From Chloroflexota bacterium (GTDB taxonomy: Bacteria > Chloroflexota > Dehalococcoidia > UBA2979), in the NCBI GenBank assembly GCA_016875635.1, contig VGPD01000005.1, positions 5,862-69,861 on the forward strand: 64,000 nt of DNA, read 5' to 3'. A program made the translations under genes and the position numbers. Below the pieces are notes generated by a model, which searched no databases, had not been told where the DNA came from, and saw only the letters and a list, made by a program, of their open reading frames with translations. Below are positions 33,782-46,054 of the stretch, one piece after another; the first letter of the stretch is position 1, and each line of letters starts with the position of its first letter.

Positions 33782-33861
33782 CGCAGCGATGCCAGCCATC
33801 ACAATTCGTGCCCACATTCCGCCCCTCGATCCCGTTAGTCTGACGCGCGAGGAGACGCGAC

Positions 33862-35088
33862 TTGCCTGACCGGGACCAGCTACTGGAGGCGTTCGCCGCA
33901 GGCTCGCTGCTGCGCCCCGACCCCACATACATGAGCGTCGTGGATGTCATGCGCGGCGTCGCCTACGCCTGCGGCGCGGACGTGTCTCCGGACGACCATG
34001 CGAAGGCGATCGCCGCCCACCTGCGTGATGCGCGGCACGTCATCCTCGTGCTCGCGGACGGCCTCGGTGTGAACACTGTGGACCGGCTGGCCCGTAACAC
34101 CTGGCTCCGGCGCCGCCTGCTGCGCGCGATCCGTGCCCCCTTCCCGGCGACGACCCCGGTCGCGATCACCTCGCTGGCCACGGGCGAGTACCCTGCTCAA
34201 CACGCCATCCTCGGCTGGTGGACCTACGTCCAGGAGATCGCGGCACCGGTCACGGTGTTCGCCCATGAGCGCGCCACGGACAACCGCGCGCTGGACGGCC
34301 TCGGGGTGTCGGTTGAGGGGCTGCTCCCCGGCCCACTGCTCCTTCCACGGTTCACGCGTGACACGGCGCTCGTCATGCCGGCCGGGATCATCGACTCCGC
34401 GTTCACGCGCTGGATGGCCGGCGGCGCACGCCGCATCGGCTATCACCACCAGAGCGAAATCGTCTCCGCGACCGTCGAACGCGTACGACGCGCCGAGGAA
34501 CCGACGTTCACCTACCTCTACACGCCGATGCCGGACACCGTCGCGCACGAGGCGGGAATCGACAGTTCCGCCGCCGCTGACGCGATCGACGCGCTCGACG
34601 CCCACCTGGAGGCGATCGAGGAGTCGCTGGCAGAGATCCGCGGTGGAGTGCGCATCATCGTGATCGCCGACCACGGACACCTCGCCATCGACGACTCGGC
34701 GCGCCTGGAGGTACGGGACGACGACCGGATCTATTCGCTCCTCCGCGTCCCCCCCGCCGGCGACCTGCGCACCCAGTACTGGCATGTGAAACCAGGTGCG
34801 CATGCCGCATTCGAGGCGGAGTTCCACGCCTGCTTCGGCAAGCATTTCCTGCTGCTCTCTGCGGCCACCGTAGACGAGCTCCGACTGCTCGGGCCCATGC
34901 CGATCTCTCCTGAGGCCCGCGCCCGCCTGGGCGACTACCTCTCGGTCGCACGGGGGGCGGCGGCGCTCCGGTACGCGGGGTTCTCCGGCCGTGACGGCTA
35001 CCTCCGGATGCGTTCGTCCCACTCCGGGCTGACTCCGGCCGAGACCGAGGTTCCGCTCATCCTGGGCGGTAGCGGGTTCACGCGGTAG
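33862..35088 (+). CDS. Alkaline phosphatase superfamily, nucleotide pyrophosphatase/phosphodiesterase
   Basis: LADGLG, PFPATT (nucleophile Thr), PDTVAH, IADHGH, HSGLT. Confidence 0.85.
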   Translation: MPDRDQLLEAFAAGSLLRPDPTYMSVVDVMRGVAYACGADVSPDDHAKAIAAHLRDARHVILVLADGLGVNTVDRLARNTWLRRRLLRAIRAPFPATTPVAITSLATGEYPAQHAILGWWTYVQEIAAPVTVFAHERATDNRALDGLGVSVEGLLPGPLLLPRFTRDTALVMPAGIIDSAFTRWMAGGARRIGYHHQSEIVSATVERVRRAEEPTFTYLYTPMPDTVAHEAGIDSSAAADAIDALDAHLEAIEESLAEIRGGVRIIVIADHGHLAIDDSARLEVRDDDRIYSLLRVPPAGDLRTQYWHVKPGAHAAFEAEFHACFGKHFLLLSAATVDELRLLGPMPISPEARARLGDYLSVARGAAALRYAGFSGRDGYLRMRSSHSGLTPAETEVPLILGGSGFTR

Positions 35089-35112
35089 GTCACGCATCGC
35101 CGGCGCAACGAA

Positions 35113-35146
35113 CAGGGGCGGCCTCGCGGCCGCCCCTGCGTTTGTT
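35113..35146. terminator. Hairpin between convergent genes
   Basis: caggggcggcc-tcgc-ggccgcccctg followed by cgtttgtt. Confidence 0.6.
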
Positions 35147-35178
35147 CAGCGCTCCCCGGAAACGGGGACGAAGGGCTG

Positions 35179-36189
35179 CTACTTGCCGCCCTTTTCCGCG
35201 TAGGAGCAGACGGTGTCGGTGATGAGCCGCGTCACGGTGTACGGGTCCATGTTCGCGTTCGGGCGGCGGTCCTCCGCATAGCCCTTCTTGGCCACCGCGA
35301 CCTGCCACGGGATCCGGACGGAGGCTGCCCGGTTCGAAACACCCCACGAGAACCTGTTCCACGGCGCCGTCTCGTGGCGGCCAGTCAGCCGCCGTTCGAT
35401 GCCGTAGCCGTAGTTCTTGACGTGGAGCTCCCATTTCTCGCCCAGCGCGCGGCACGCCTGCTCGATCGGAGCGTAGGAAGCCCGCATCTGCTTGGTGGAG
35501 AAGTTGGTGTGCGCGCCAGCGCCGTTCCAGTCGCCCTCGATGGGCTTCGGGTTCAGCGTCGCGGACACGCCAAAGTCCTCGGCGATCCGGTAGAGCAGCC
35601 AGCGGGCGAGCCACATCTCGTCAGAGCATTCGACCGGGCCGATGGGGCCGATCTGAAATTCCCACTGGGCGGGCATGACCTCGGCGTTCGTGCCGGCGAT
35701 GGTGAGGCCGGCCACCATGCAGGCGTCCGAGTGCGCCTCTACGATCTCCCGGCCGAAGATCTCGTCCGCGCCGACGCCGCAGTAGTAGCCGAACTGTGGG
35801 GCCGGGAAGCCATTGTCCGGCCAACCCAGCGGCTTGATGCCGTCGAAGAACGTGTACTCCTGCTCGATGCCAAACCACATCTCGTGCTTCGCGTACTTCT
35901 TGGCGGTGGTTACGAGCGCGGCGCGCTTGTTCGTGGGGTGCGGCTTCATGTTGGTGAGCAACACTTCGCACAGCACAAGTTTGTTCGCCCCGCCACGGAT
36001 CGGGTCGGGCACCACACGGACCGGGTTGAGTACGCAGTCGCTGCTCTCACCGGCCGCCTGGTTCGTGCTCGATCCGTCGAAACCCCAGATACCGGGGATC
36101 TCGTCGTCGGCCATGATCTTCGTCTTGGAACGCAACTTCTGCGTCGGTTCCGCGCCGTCAATCCAGATGTACTCAGCCTTGTACGCCAT
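35179..36189 (-). CDS. glnII: Glutamine synthetase type II
   Basis: AEYIWIDG, WGFDGSST, NAEVMPAQWEFQIGP, GDWNGAGAHTNFST, EDRRP; 336 aa, GSII size. Confidence 0.92.
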   Translation of the reverse strand: MAYKAEYIWIDGAEPTQKLRSKTKIMADDEIPGIWGFDGSSTNQAAGESSDCVLNPVRVVPDPIRGGANKLVLCEVLLTNMKPHPTNKRAALVTTAKKYAKHEMWFGIEQEYTFFDGIKPLGWPDNGFPAPQFGYYCGVGADEIFGREIVEAHSDACMVAGLTIAGTNAEVMPAQWEFQIGPIGPVECSDEMWLARWLLYRIAEDFGVSATLNPKPIEGDWNGAGAHTNFSTKQMRASYAPIEQACRALGEKWELHVKNYGYGIERRLTGRHETAPWNRFSWGVSNRAASVRIPWQVAVAKKGYAEDRRPNANMDPYTVTRLITDTVCSYAEKGGK

Positions 36190-36402
36190 CTCGGTCCTTC
36201 CGAAGTCAGGCCCGAGACCGGGCCACCCCCGCGTTTGCGGCCAGGAACCTGTCCGCTGCACTCGGAGACTATGCCCCCGCTGTTTCAGCAGTATTTCAGG
36301 CCCCGGCCTCAAACAGAACCCTCCGGCTCCCAGGGAGCGGCGTTTGCCCCTCGTCGCCCACCCAGCCAGACTGGGTCGAACCCACCAACCGAGGTACGGC
36401 CG

Positions 36403-37140
36403 ATGCGGCTCCCAACCCCCGTCCTGCTGGTCCTGCTCGCACTCACAGTCGCCGTCCTGTGCGGGCTCGGCGCCTGGCAAATTCAGCGTCACCAATCAAA
36501 ACTGGGATTGGTGGAAGAGCGGGCCGCCCGGCTGGCCGCTCCACCGCTGGAGGCGCCCGATGCCCTCGACCTTCCACCCGCCGAGGTGGCGTGGCGAAGG
36601 GTCCACCTGGTGGGGACATGGGATCACAGCCGCAGCATGGTGCTCGCCAACCGCGTGCGGTACGGGATCAAGGGCGAGGGACTGGTCACGCCGCTGCTCC
36701 CGGCCTCCGGTGGCGCCGCCGTCCTGGTCGACCGAGGCTGGTATCCAGAATCCGAGCGTGAGCGCGTCCGTGCCAGCCTCGACGCGGAACGCCAGGCCGA
36801 CATTGTGGGACTGGGGGTGGACGCCTCTGGACGGACCGCGCGACGCACACCGCATGGGACATGGACCGCGCTCGCCCCGAAATCGATGTCAGCGACAGAG
36901 GGCATCCCGCTGCTGTCGTGGGCCGTCATCCAGGGCACTGAGTCCGGCGAGGACAATCTGCCGCCCGCGGGCGGTGCGCTCCCCGTGCGAAGCTACCGAC
37001 CGTTCGTGAACACGACGCCGCATCTGCAGTACGCGCTCACCTGGTTCGGCATCGCCGCGGCACTCGTCGGCGTGGCCGTCGCGCGGTTCATCATCGCGCC
37101 CCGCCGCAAGCCCCGGGACGCGACCGCGCATCAGGGATAG
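36403..37140 (+). CDS. SURF1 family protein
   Basis: LGAWQIQR, VLVDRGW, HLQYALTWF. Confidence 0.88.
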   Translation: MRLPTPVLLVLLALTVAVLCGLGAWQIQRHQSKLGLVEERAARLAAPPLEAPDALDLPPAEVAWRRVHLVGTWDHSRSMVLANRVRYGIKGEGLVTPLLPASGGAAVLVDRGWYPESERERVRASLDAERQADIVGLGVDASGRTARRTPHGTWTALAPKSMSATEGIPLLSWAVIQGTESGEDNLPPAGGALPVRSYRPFVNTTPHLQYALTWFGIAAALVGVAVARFIIAPRRKPRDATAHQG

Positions 37141-37152
37141 CCGGATGAGGCG

Positions 37153-37884
37153 CTACTTCCGGAACTGCAGCTGGAACTCCATCTGGCCCTTGTCCTCGAT
37201 CGAAAGGACGGAGGGAGCCGTGGGCTTCGCGATCGAGTAGTCGGCCAGCACGATCTCCAGCGAGCCCGCCACCACGACCATCCCGCCCTGCCGCGCACCC
37301 TCGAGGGGGATGGTGACCCGTTTGGTGACGCCGTGCAGGGTGAAGTCGCCGGTTGCGTCGAACTTGGCCTTCTGCCCTTCGGCCGGCAGTGACGCAACCG
37401 CGATCGGCTGCGTGAGGACGAATTTCGCCGTGGGGAACTGCTGGGTCTGCAGGCCGGAACGCTGCATGAAGTTGTCACGCCGCGCGTCGTCGCTCTTGAT
37501 GCTCCTCGTCTGGACGGTGATCTCCACGGACGTGATGGCCTTGCCGTCGAACGTGAGGCTACCGGCGACATCGGGCGAACGGCCGACAGCCGTGTTGCTG
37601 CCAATGCTCCGCAGTTCTTCCTTGATGCGATACCCCGCGAAGGTGCTGTCGCCCTTCACCACCTGATAGGTTCCCGCCAGGTCAGACGAGGGCGCGGCAG
37701 TCGCGGTCGCCGTTGCTGCTGCGGCCGCGGCAGATGTCGCCGCGGGCGTGGCCGCCTTCTGAAGCGCCGCATCCACCGAGGCTGCTTCGGGCTCATCGCC
37801 ACCGAAGAACCAGAACAGGCCCACCGCAGCCAGCACAACTGCGGTCGCTGCCAACGCCCCGCCGATGATCACCGTCCGCCGCAT
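37153..37884 (-). CDS. YceI family protein with an N-terminal anchor
   Basis: SIKSDDARRD, QFPTAKF, GDFTLHGVTK. Confidence 0.88.
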   Translation of the reverse strand: MRRTVIIGGALAATAVVLAAVGLFWFFGGDEPEAASVDAALQKAATPAATSAAAAAATATATAAPSSDLAGTYQVVKGDSTFAGYRIKEELRSIGSNTAVGRSPDVAGSLTFDGKAITSVEITVQTRSIKSDDARRDNFMQRSGLQTQQFPTAKFVLTQPIAVASLPAEGQKAKFDATGDFTLHGVTKRVTIPLEGARQGGMVVVAGSLEIVLADYSIAKPTAPSVLSIEDKGQMEFQLQFRK

Positions 37885-38041
37885 CGCAACCCCACTTCAT
37901 GTAGTTCTGGTAGACCCGGGCAGGCGTCAGTGTCTCCGGAGGGGCAGGGCGGTGTGTGAACAAAGTGCGAATCCCTGTGAGCCGACCAATCTCTAACGTG
38001 CGCGTGAAACTCACTCCGCCTGGACACCGAGGCCCGCTAGC

Positions 38042-40633
38042 ATGGTCAGCCTCATCACCTGGCACAACGGCGAGGATCCAAACCGCATGGACGCACCCAC
38101 CCCGACCACCCGTGACGTGCTGACCCAGGACGAGGCGATCGGCCGCGCCGCACGGGTCTCCGCCGTCGAGTACGACCTGACGCTTGACATCACGCAGGGC
38201 AGCCCCACCTACCGGGGAGACGTCACCATCCGGTTCCGGCTCGCGGACACCGCTCCGGTGTTCCTCGATTTCACCGGGAAGCGGATCGAGCGGATGGAGG
38301 TGAACGGCACCGCCGTGGAGGCGCCCGCGTGGACGGGATACCGGCTCACCCTCGACGGTCTTGGCGCGCAGAACACCGTCCACATCACGTACGAGAACGA
38401 GTACGACCACACGGGAGACGGCTTCCACCAGTTCATCGACCCGGAAGACGGCCAGGAGTACCTCTACACCAACTTCGAACCGTACTCCGCGCACCGGCTG
38501 ATGCCCTGCTTCGACCAGCCTGACCTGAAGGCGACCTACCGCCTGACAGTCTCTGCGCCCGCCGCCTGGCAGCTGATCGCAAACAGCCCGGCTGAGGGCA
38601 CGTCAGCGCTCCCCGACGGGCGCGTCCGTACGGCGTTCGAGCGGACGAAGCCGTTCTCGACCTACCTGCTTGCCTTGATCGCCGGGCCGTACGAGGTTTT
38701 CCGCTCGCAGCATGGGACGGTGGCCCTCGGCTTCTTCGCCCGCAAGTCGCTCGCGCCGCATGTCGACCAGGATGAGCTGTTCGAGGTGACGAAGCAGGGG
38801 CTGGACTTTTACGCGGAATTCTTCGACTACCCGTACCCGTTCGGTAAGTACGACCAGGTCTTTGTGCCGGAGTTCAACGCCGGCGCCATGGAGAACGTGG
38901 CGGCGGTAACCCACTCGGAGCGGATGGTGTTCCGGGACCCACCGACCGAGAACGACCGGCTGGGCCGCGCCGAGGTCATCCTGCACGAGATGGCGCATAT
39001 GTGGTTCGGCGACCTCGTGACCATGAAGTGGTGGAACGACCTCTGGCTCAACGAGTCATTCGCGACCTACATGGCGTATCTGTCGCTCGCCGAGGCGACT
39101 CGCTTCACGACGGCGTGGCAGGCGTTCAACTCCGGGATGAAGAACTGGGCCTACCGCCAGGACCAGTTGGTCACCACACATCCGATCTCGGGCGTGGTCG
39201 CCGACACTGAACAGACGTTCCTCAACTTTGATGGCATCACCTACGGCAAGGGCGCGGCGGTCATCAAGCAACTGGTCGCCGCCATGGGCATGGAGGGCTT
39301 CCGCGCCGGCATGCGCGGCTACTTCAAGCAGCACGAGTACGGCAACACCACACTCTCCCAGTGGCTGGACGCCCTGGGCCAGGGTGTCGGGCGTGACCTG
39401 CACGGCTGGGCGCAGGCATGGCTGGAGACGCCCTCGCTGAACACGATCGCCGCCGAGGTCGAGACGGACGGCGAGCGGATCAGCGCACTCGCGCTCCGGC
39501 AGAGCGCACCTGCCTCCTACCCGACGCTCCGCCCGCACCACGTCGAGCTCGCGCTCGTCCGCGAGGAAGGCGCGCGCATCGTCATTGACTCCGTACCGGG
39601 GAACATCGACGGCGAACGCGCCGAGGTCGGGTCCGCGGTGGGTCGCCCCGCCCCGAACTTCGTCTTCCCAAACCACAACGACCACGCGTTCGCGAAGATC
39701 GCGCTGGACGAGCGCTCACTCGAGTTCGTCCGCTCCAGTCTCGAACGGGTCGAGGACCCACTGCTGCGTCAGCTGATCTGGCAGACCCTCTGGAACATGG
39801 TGCGCGACCAGCAGTTGAAGTCGACTGACTATCTCGAACTGGCGGGTCCGAAGGTGGCGATGGAGCACGACCACGAACTGGTCGAGACGATCCTCTCGCA
39901 GATGACCGCCACCCTTGCGCGGTACGTGCCGGAGGGGCGGAAACTGCAGGCGGGCCACCGACTCTTCGGACTGTGCCTGGACGCCCTCCAGCGCACGACC
40001 GATCCCGACCTGCGCATCATCTGGGCGCGCACGCTGATCGGCGTGGCCATCAACCCGCCCGACATCCGCCATTGCGGCGACCTCGCGGACGGCAAGGTGG
40101 AGATCCCGGGGCTCACGATCGACCAGGAGATGCGCTGGAGCATCGCCTCCCGTTACGTCGCCTACGGCGTCGAGAGCGCTGCCGAGCGGGTGGCGGAGGA
40201 GCGCCGCCGCGACCCTTCGGACCGCGGCCAGCGCGCGCTGCTGCGTTGCGAGGTTTCGGCACCGGACGCGGCCGTGAAACAGGCGGCCTGGGAGAAATTC
40301 CAGACTGGCCCATCGGCGTACGGGTCGCTGCACCTCACGGGCGCGGCGATGAGCGGCTTCCACTACTGGGCGCAGAAGGACCTGCTCCAGCCGTATGTGG
40401 AGCGGTACTTCGAGGCGCTTCCGGGCATCTTTGAGCGGGAGGAACGGGAGTTCTCGGGGACCTACTTCTCCAGTCTCTGGCCGTCCTACCTCGTCGACCG
40501 CCCCACACTGGAGCGTGCGCAGCACCTGCTGGCCGCCACACCGGAATCCTCCACACTCCTCCGCCGAAGCCTCCGCGAGGCGATCGACGACCTGGAGCGG
40601 GCGGTGAAGTGCCGGGAATTCGCGACCTCCTGA
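38042..40633 (+). CDS. pepN: Aminopeptidase N (M1 family)
   Basis: GAMEN, HEMAH...NESFA, FDGITYGKG; the start could instead be the ATG at 38087. Confidence 0.93.
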   Translation: MVSLITWHNGEDPNRMDAPTPTTRDVLTQDEAIGRAARVSAVEYDLTLDITQGSPTYRGDVTIRFRLADTAPVFLDFTGKRIERMEVNGTAVEAPAWTGYRLTLDGLGAQNTVHITYENEYDHTGDGFHQFIDPEDGQEYLYTNFEPYSAHRLMPCFDQPDLKATYRLTVSAPAAWQLIANSPAEGTSALPDGRVRTAFERTKPFSTYLLALIAGPYEVFRSQHGTVALGFFARKSLAPHVDQDELFEVTKQGLDFYAEFFDYPYPFGKYDQVFVPEFNAGAMENVAAVTHSERMVFRDPPTENDRLGRAEVILHEMAHMWFGDLVTMKWWNDLWLNESFATYMAYLSLAEATRFTTAWQAFNSGMKNWAYRQDQLVTTHPISGVVADTEQTFLNFDGITYGKGAAVIKQLVAAMGMEGFRAGMRGYFKQHEYGNTTLSQWLDALGQGVGRDLHGWAQAWLETPSLNTIAAEVETDGERISALALRQSAPASYPTLRPHHVELALVREEGARIVIDSVPGNIDGERAEVGSAVGRPAPNFVFPNHNDHAFAKIALDERSLEFVRSSLERVEDPLLRQLIWQTLWNMVRDQQLKSTDYLELAGPKVAMEHDHELVETILSQMTATLARYVPEGRKLQAGHRLFGLCLDALQRTTDPDLRIIWARTLIGVAINPPDIRHCGDLADGKVEIPGLTIDQEMRWSIASRYVAYGVESAAERVAEERRRDPSDRGQRALLRCEVSAPDAAVKQAAWEKFQTGPSAYGSLHLTGAAMSGFHYWAQKDLLQPYVERYFEALPGIFEREEREFSGTYFSSLWPSYLVDRPTLERAQHLLAATPESSTLLRRSLREAIDDLERAVKCREFATS

Positions 40634-40723
40634 GCGCCAGAGGGACGTAGCGAGGTCGCGCCATAGACTGGCCTCGGAAGCGCGGCGACGCCCTCAGGCG
40701 CGCCGACGACGACCGGGGGCACC

Positions 40724-41998
40724 ATGAAACAGCGGATGTTCCATGGCTGGTGGCTCGTCGCCGCGGGTTCGGCGATCCAGTTCGTCATGTCCGCGCTGAT
40801 GCAGCAGTCGTTCGGTTTCTACGCCGCCGCCCTGGTGAAAGAGTACGGCTGGAGCCGCGGCACCGTCGGCTCTGCCTTCTCGTTCGCGAGGGTCGAAGGC
40901 CCCATGGGCCCGGCGCAGGGTTGGATGGTCGCCCGGTATGGGGCGCGGCGAGTACTCCAGCTGGGCATCGTGATCATGGCCGGCGGGTTCCTGCTCTTCG
41001 CCACGATCAGCTCGCTCTGGCAGTTTTTCCTGTTCTACATCGTGATGTCGGTCGGGGCCAGCCTCGGCGGCTTCCAGACGATCACCATCTCCATCGTCTC
41101 CTGGTTCGACCGCTATCGGTCGAGGGCGCTCGGGGTCTCCAGCGTCGGGTTCGCCTTCGGCGGCATCACGGCGTCCCTGGCGGTTGCCTACGCGATCACT
41201 GAATACGGCTGGCGAGAGACCTCCTTCGTCTCCGGCATCCTGATGCTGGTACTGGCGCTGCCCCTCACCTGGTACTTCCACGACCGGCCTGAGGACATCG
41301 GCCAGCACGTCGACGGTGTGTCGCCCGCGGAGCGCGACGCCTACCGCCTGGCCCAGCCCACGCGCGTCTTCAGCACCGAGGTGGACTTCACCACGCGAGA
41401 GGCGATGCGGACGCGGGCGTTCTGGATGATCTCAGCGGGCCACGCCTCCGCCCTGCTCGTGGTCACGGCGGTCCAGGTCCACCTGGTGCTCCACCTGACA
41501 GACTCCCTGCGTTACTCAGACGGCGCGGCGCGATGGATCCTGACCTCGATGATCCTGATGCAGGTCGTCGGGCAGGTCGTTGGCGGCGCGCTGGGCGACC
41601 GCATGAGCAAGCGGTTCATCGTCATCGTGTGCATGGCGATGCACGCGGTGGGGCTGCTGCTGATCGCCTGGGCCGGACGCAATCTCTTCGCGGTCGCCGG
41701 GTTCGCCGTGCTGCACGGACTCGCCTGGGGCACACGCGGGCCGATGATGCAGGCGATCCGCGCCGACTACTTCGGGCGCACCCATTTCGGGTCGATTTCA
41801 GGGTGGTCATCAATCATCACGACGATCGGCCCGATCCTCGGGCCGATCATCGCGGGCTTCCTCTACGACTGGACCGGTTCGTACCAGCTCGGCTTCACCG
41901 TCGTTGCCCTGATGGCGGCCGCCGGCTCCGTCTTCTTCGTCCTCTCGACCCGTCCCGCGCTGCCGGAACGTGCCACCGCCGAGGCCGCCGCCGGCTAA
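40724..41998 (+). CDS. MFS transporter, paralog of 2875..4131
   Basis: FHGWWLV, DFTTREAMRTRAFW, QAIRADYFGR. Confidence 0.9.
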   Translation: MKQRMFHGWWLVAAGSAIQFVMSALMQQSFGFYAAALVKEYGWSRGTVGSAFSFARVEGPMGPAQGWMVARYGARRVLQLGIVIMAGGFLLFATISSLWQFFLFYIVMSVGASLGGFQTITISIVSWFDRYRSRALGVSSVGFAFGGITASLAVAYAITEYGWRETSFVSGILMLVLALPLTWYFHDRPEDIGQHVDGVSPAERDAYRLAQPTRVFSTEVDFTTREAMRTRAFWMISAGHASALLVVTAVQVHLVLHLTDSLRYSDGAARWILTSMILMQVVGQVVGGALGDRMSKRFIVIVCMAMHAVGLLLIAWAGRNLFAVAGFAVLHGLAWGTRGPMMQAIRADYFGRTHFGSISGWSSIITTIGPILGPIIAGFLYDWTGSYQLGFTVVALMAAAGSVFFVLSTRPALPERATAEAAAG

Positions 41999-42144
41999 CG
42001 AGGCCGGCGAGCCGCCTCCAGCGCCTGCCGGATCGGACGCACGACCTTCACGCTGATCCCCAACGCCGATGCGATGTCGTCGTCCGAGGCGCCCGCGAGG
42101 ATCGCCGCGCGGATCCGCAGTTCAGCGTCCCGTGGCAGATTCAC
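41995..42144 (-). CDS. 49-aa helix-turn-helix microprotein (absent from the ORF track)
   Basis: GAGGGG RBS then GTG; MNLPRDAELRIRAAILAGASDDDIASALGISVKVVRPIRQALEAARRPR. Confidence 0.6.
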   Translation of the reverse strand: MNLPRDAELRIRAAILAGASDDDIASALGISVKVVRPIRQALEAARRPR

Positions 42145-42164
42145 ACGCGTCCCCTCGGATCGAA

Positions 42165-42187
42165 GAGGCCCCGCGCGGCGGGGCCTC
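42165..42187 (-). terminator. Hairpin downstream of acnA
   Basis: gaggccccgc-gcg-gcggggcctc. Confidence 0.5.
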
Positions 42188-42209
42188 CCGGTATCGCAGC
42201 CGGCCTCGG

Positions 42210-44876
<2,667 letters not shown>

Positions 44877-44997
44877 GCCTGAGCCTTTCGAAGCGCACGC
44901 CCCGGTGAGGCGCCGGGGAGCGCATGCTGACGCCGAATCGCGACCTCAAGGCACCGCCCATGGTACGCCAGCGCCCGGCCAGAGGGCAGATTCGAGA

Positions 44998-45483
44998 CTA
45001 CTGGACGGTGAAGGTCCCCTTCATCCCGGCCTCCTTGTGGCCCGGGACCGTGCAGAAGAACTCGTACGCCCCCGGCGACGACGCCCTCAATCGGACGACC
45101 CCGTTCTGCCCGGACCGCAGGTGGGCGTGAATCTCATTCTTGCCCCTCGCCACCGCGGTGTCTTTGCCTTCGACCCGCAGCGCCTTCTCCCCCGGCAGGG
45201 TGGCGATGGCGAAGTCATGCTCGATGCCGCCCCTGTTCACGAGCGCGATCTCGACGAGTTCGCCCGATCTGACGGAGAGCGCCCGGGTGCTGAACTTCAG
45301 ATCCGTCATCTCCAGGTTCAGCGACTGGCCCGCCGGGCCGGTGAAGAGCGCAGCCGCCGCCGCGGCCCGGGCTGCCTCCTCCGGGTTCCCTTCCGGGTTC
45401 GCATCCCCACCAGCGCACGAGACCACTACGCCCGCGAGACCGATGAGCACCGCCATGCCTGCAACACTGGTGATCCGAGGCAT
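44998..45483 (-). CDS. Cupredoxin (type-1 copper) lipoprotein
   Basis: Signal peptide with VVSC; EHDF and CTVPGHKEAGM copper ligands. Confidence 0.85.
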   Translation of the reverse strand: MPRITSVAGMAVLIGLAGVVVSCAGGDANPEGNPEEAARAAAAAALFTGPAGQSLNLEMTDLKFSTRALSVRSGELVEIALVNRGGIEHDFAIATLPGEKALRVEGKDTAVARGKNEIHAHLRSGQNGVVRLRASSPGAYEFFCTVPGHKEAGMKGTFTVQ

Positions 45484-45652
45484 CGTTCGCTCCTTTGAGG
45501 CGGCCCCAACCAGTGGTTGCTGGCCGGTTCCGAACGTGCACAAGATCCAACAGGGAGCGATCGTAGACCCCGGCACGGATTCGGCGAACCGCTCCCGCGC
45601 TTGTCTGGAACGGCGAGCGCGGGATAGCATGACTATTCCGGGACGGCACGCC

Positions 45653-45729
45653 GGGCGGTTAGCTCAGCTGGTACGAGCGCTCGCTTCACACGCGAGAGGT
45701 CATTGGTTCGAGTCCAATACCGCCCACCA
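45653..45729 (+). tRNA. tRNA-Val(CAC)
   Basis: Cloverleaf; anticodon arm CTCGC-TTCACAC-GCGAG; encoded CCA. Confidence 0.95.
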
Positions 45730-45753
45730 TCGAGCCCGCCGGAAGACCCGCAC

Positions 45754-45840
<87 letters not shown>

Positions 45841-45878
45841 AGTCCCGTGCACGGACCGGACGACGGCGTCCACCTCGT

Positions 45879-45954
45879 GCGCTCGTAGCTCAGGGGATAG
45901 AGCGCTGCCCTGCGGAGGCAGAGGCCGGAGGTTCGAATCCTCCCGGGCGCACCA
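45879..45954 (+). tRNA. tRNA-Arg(GCG)
   Basis: CTGCC-CTGCGGA-GGCAG; D-loop A20; GGTTCGAATCC; CCA. Confidence 0.93.
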
Positions 45955-46054
45955 CCTTCTTTTCATGCTTCCCCCGGTCGGGTTCCCGCCCACCCGCTCC
46001 CCGCCGCGGGAGGGGTTCCGATTCGCTCCGGCTCCCGAGCGTACGATCCGTCCC

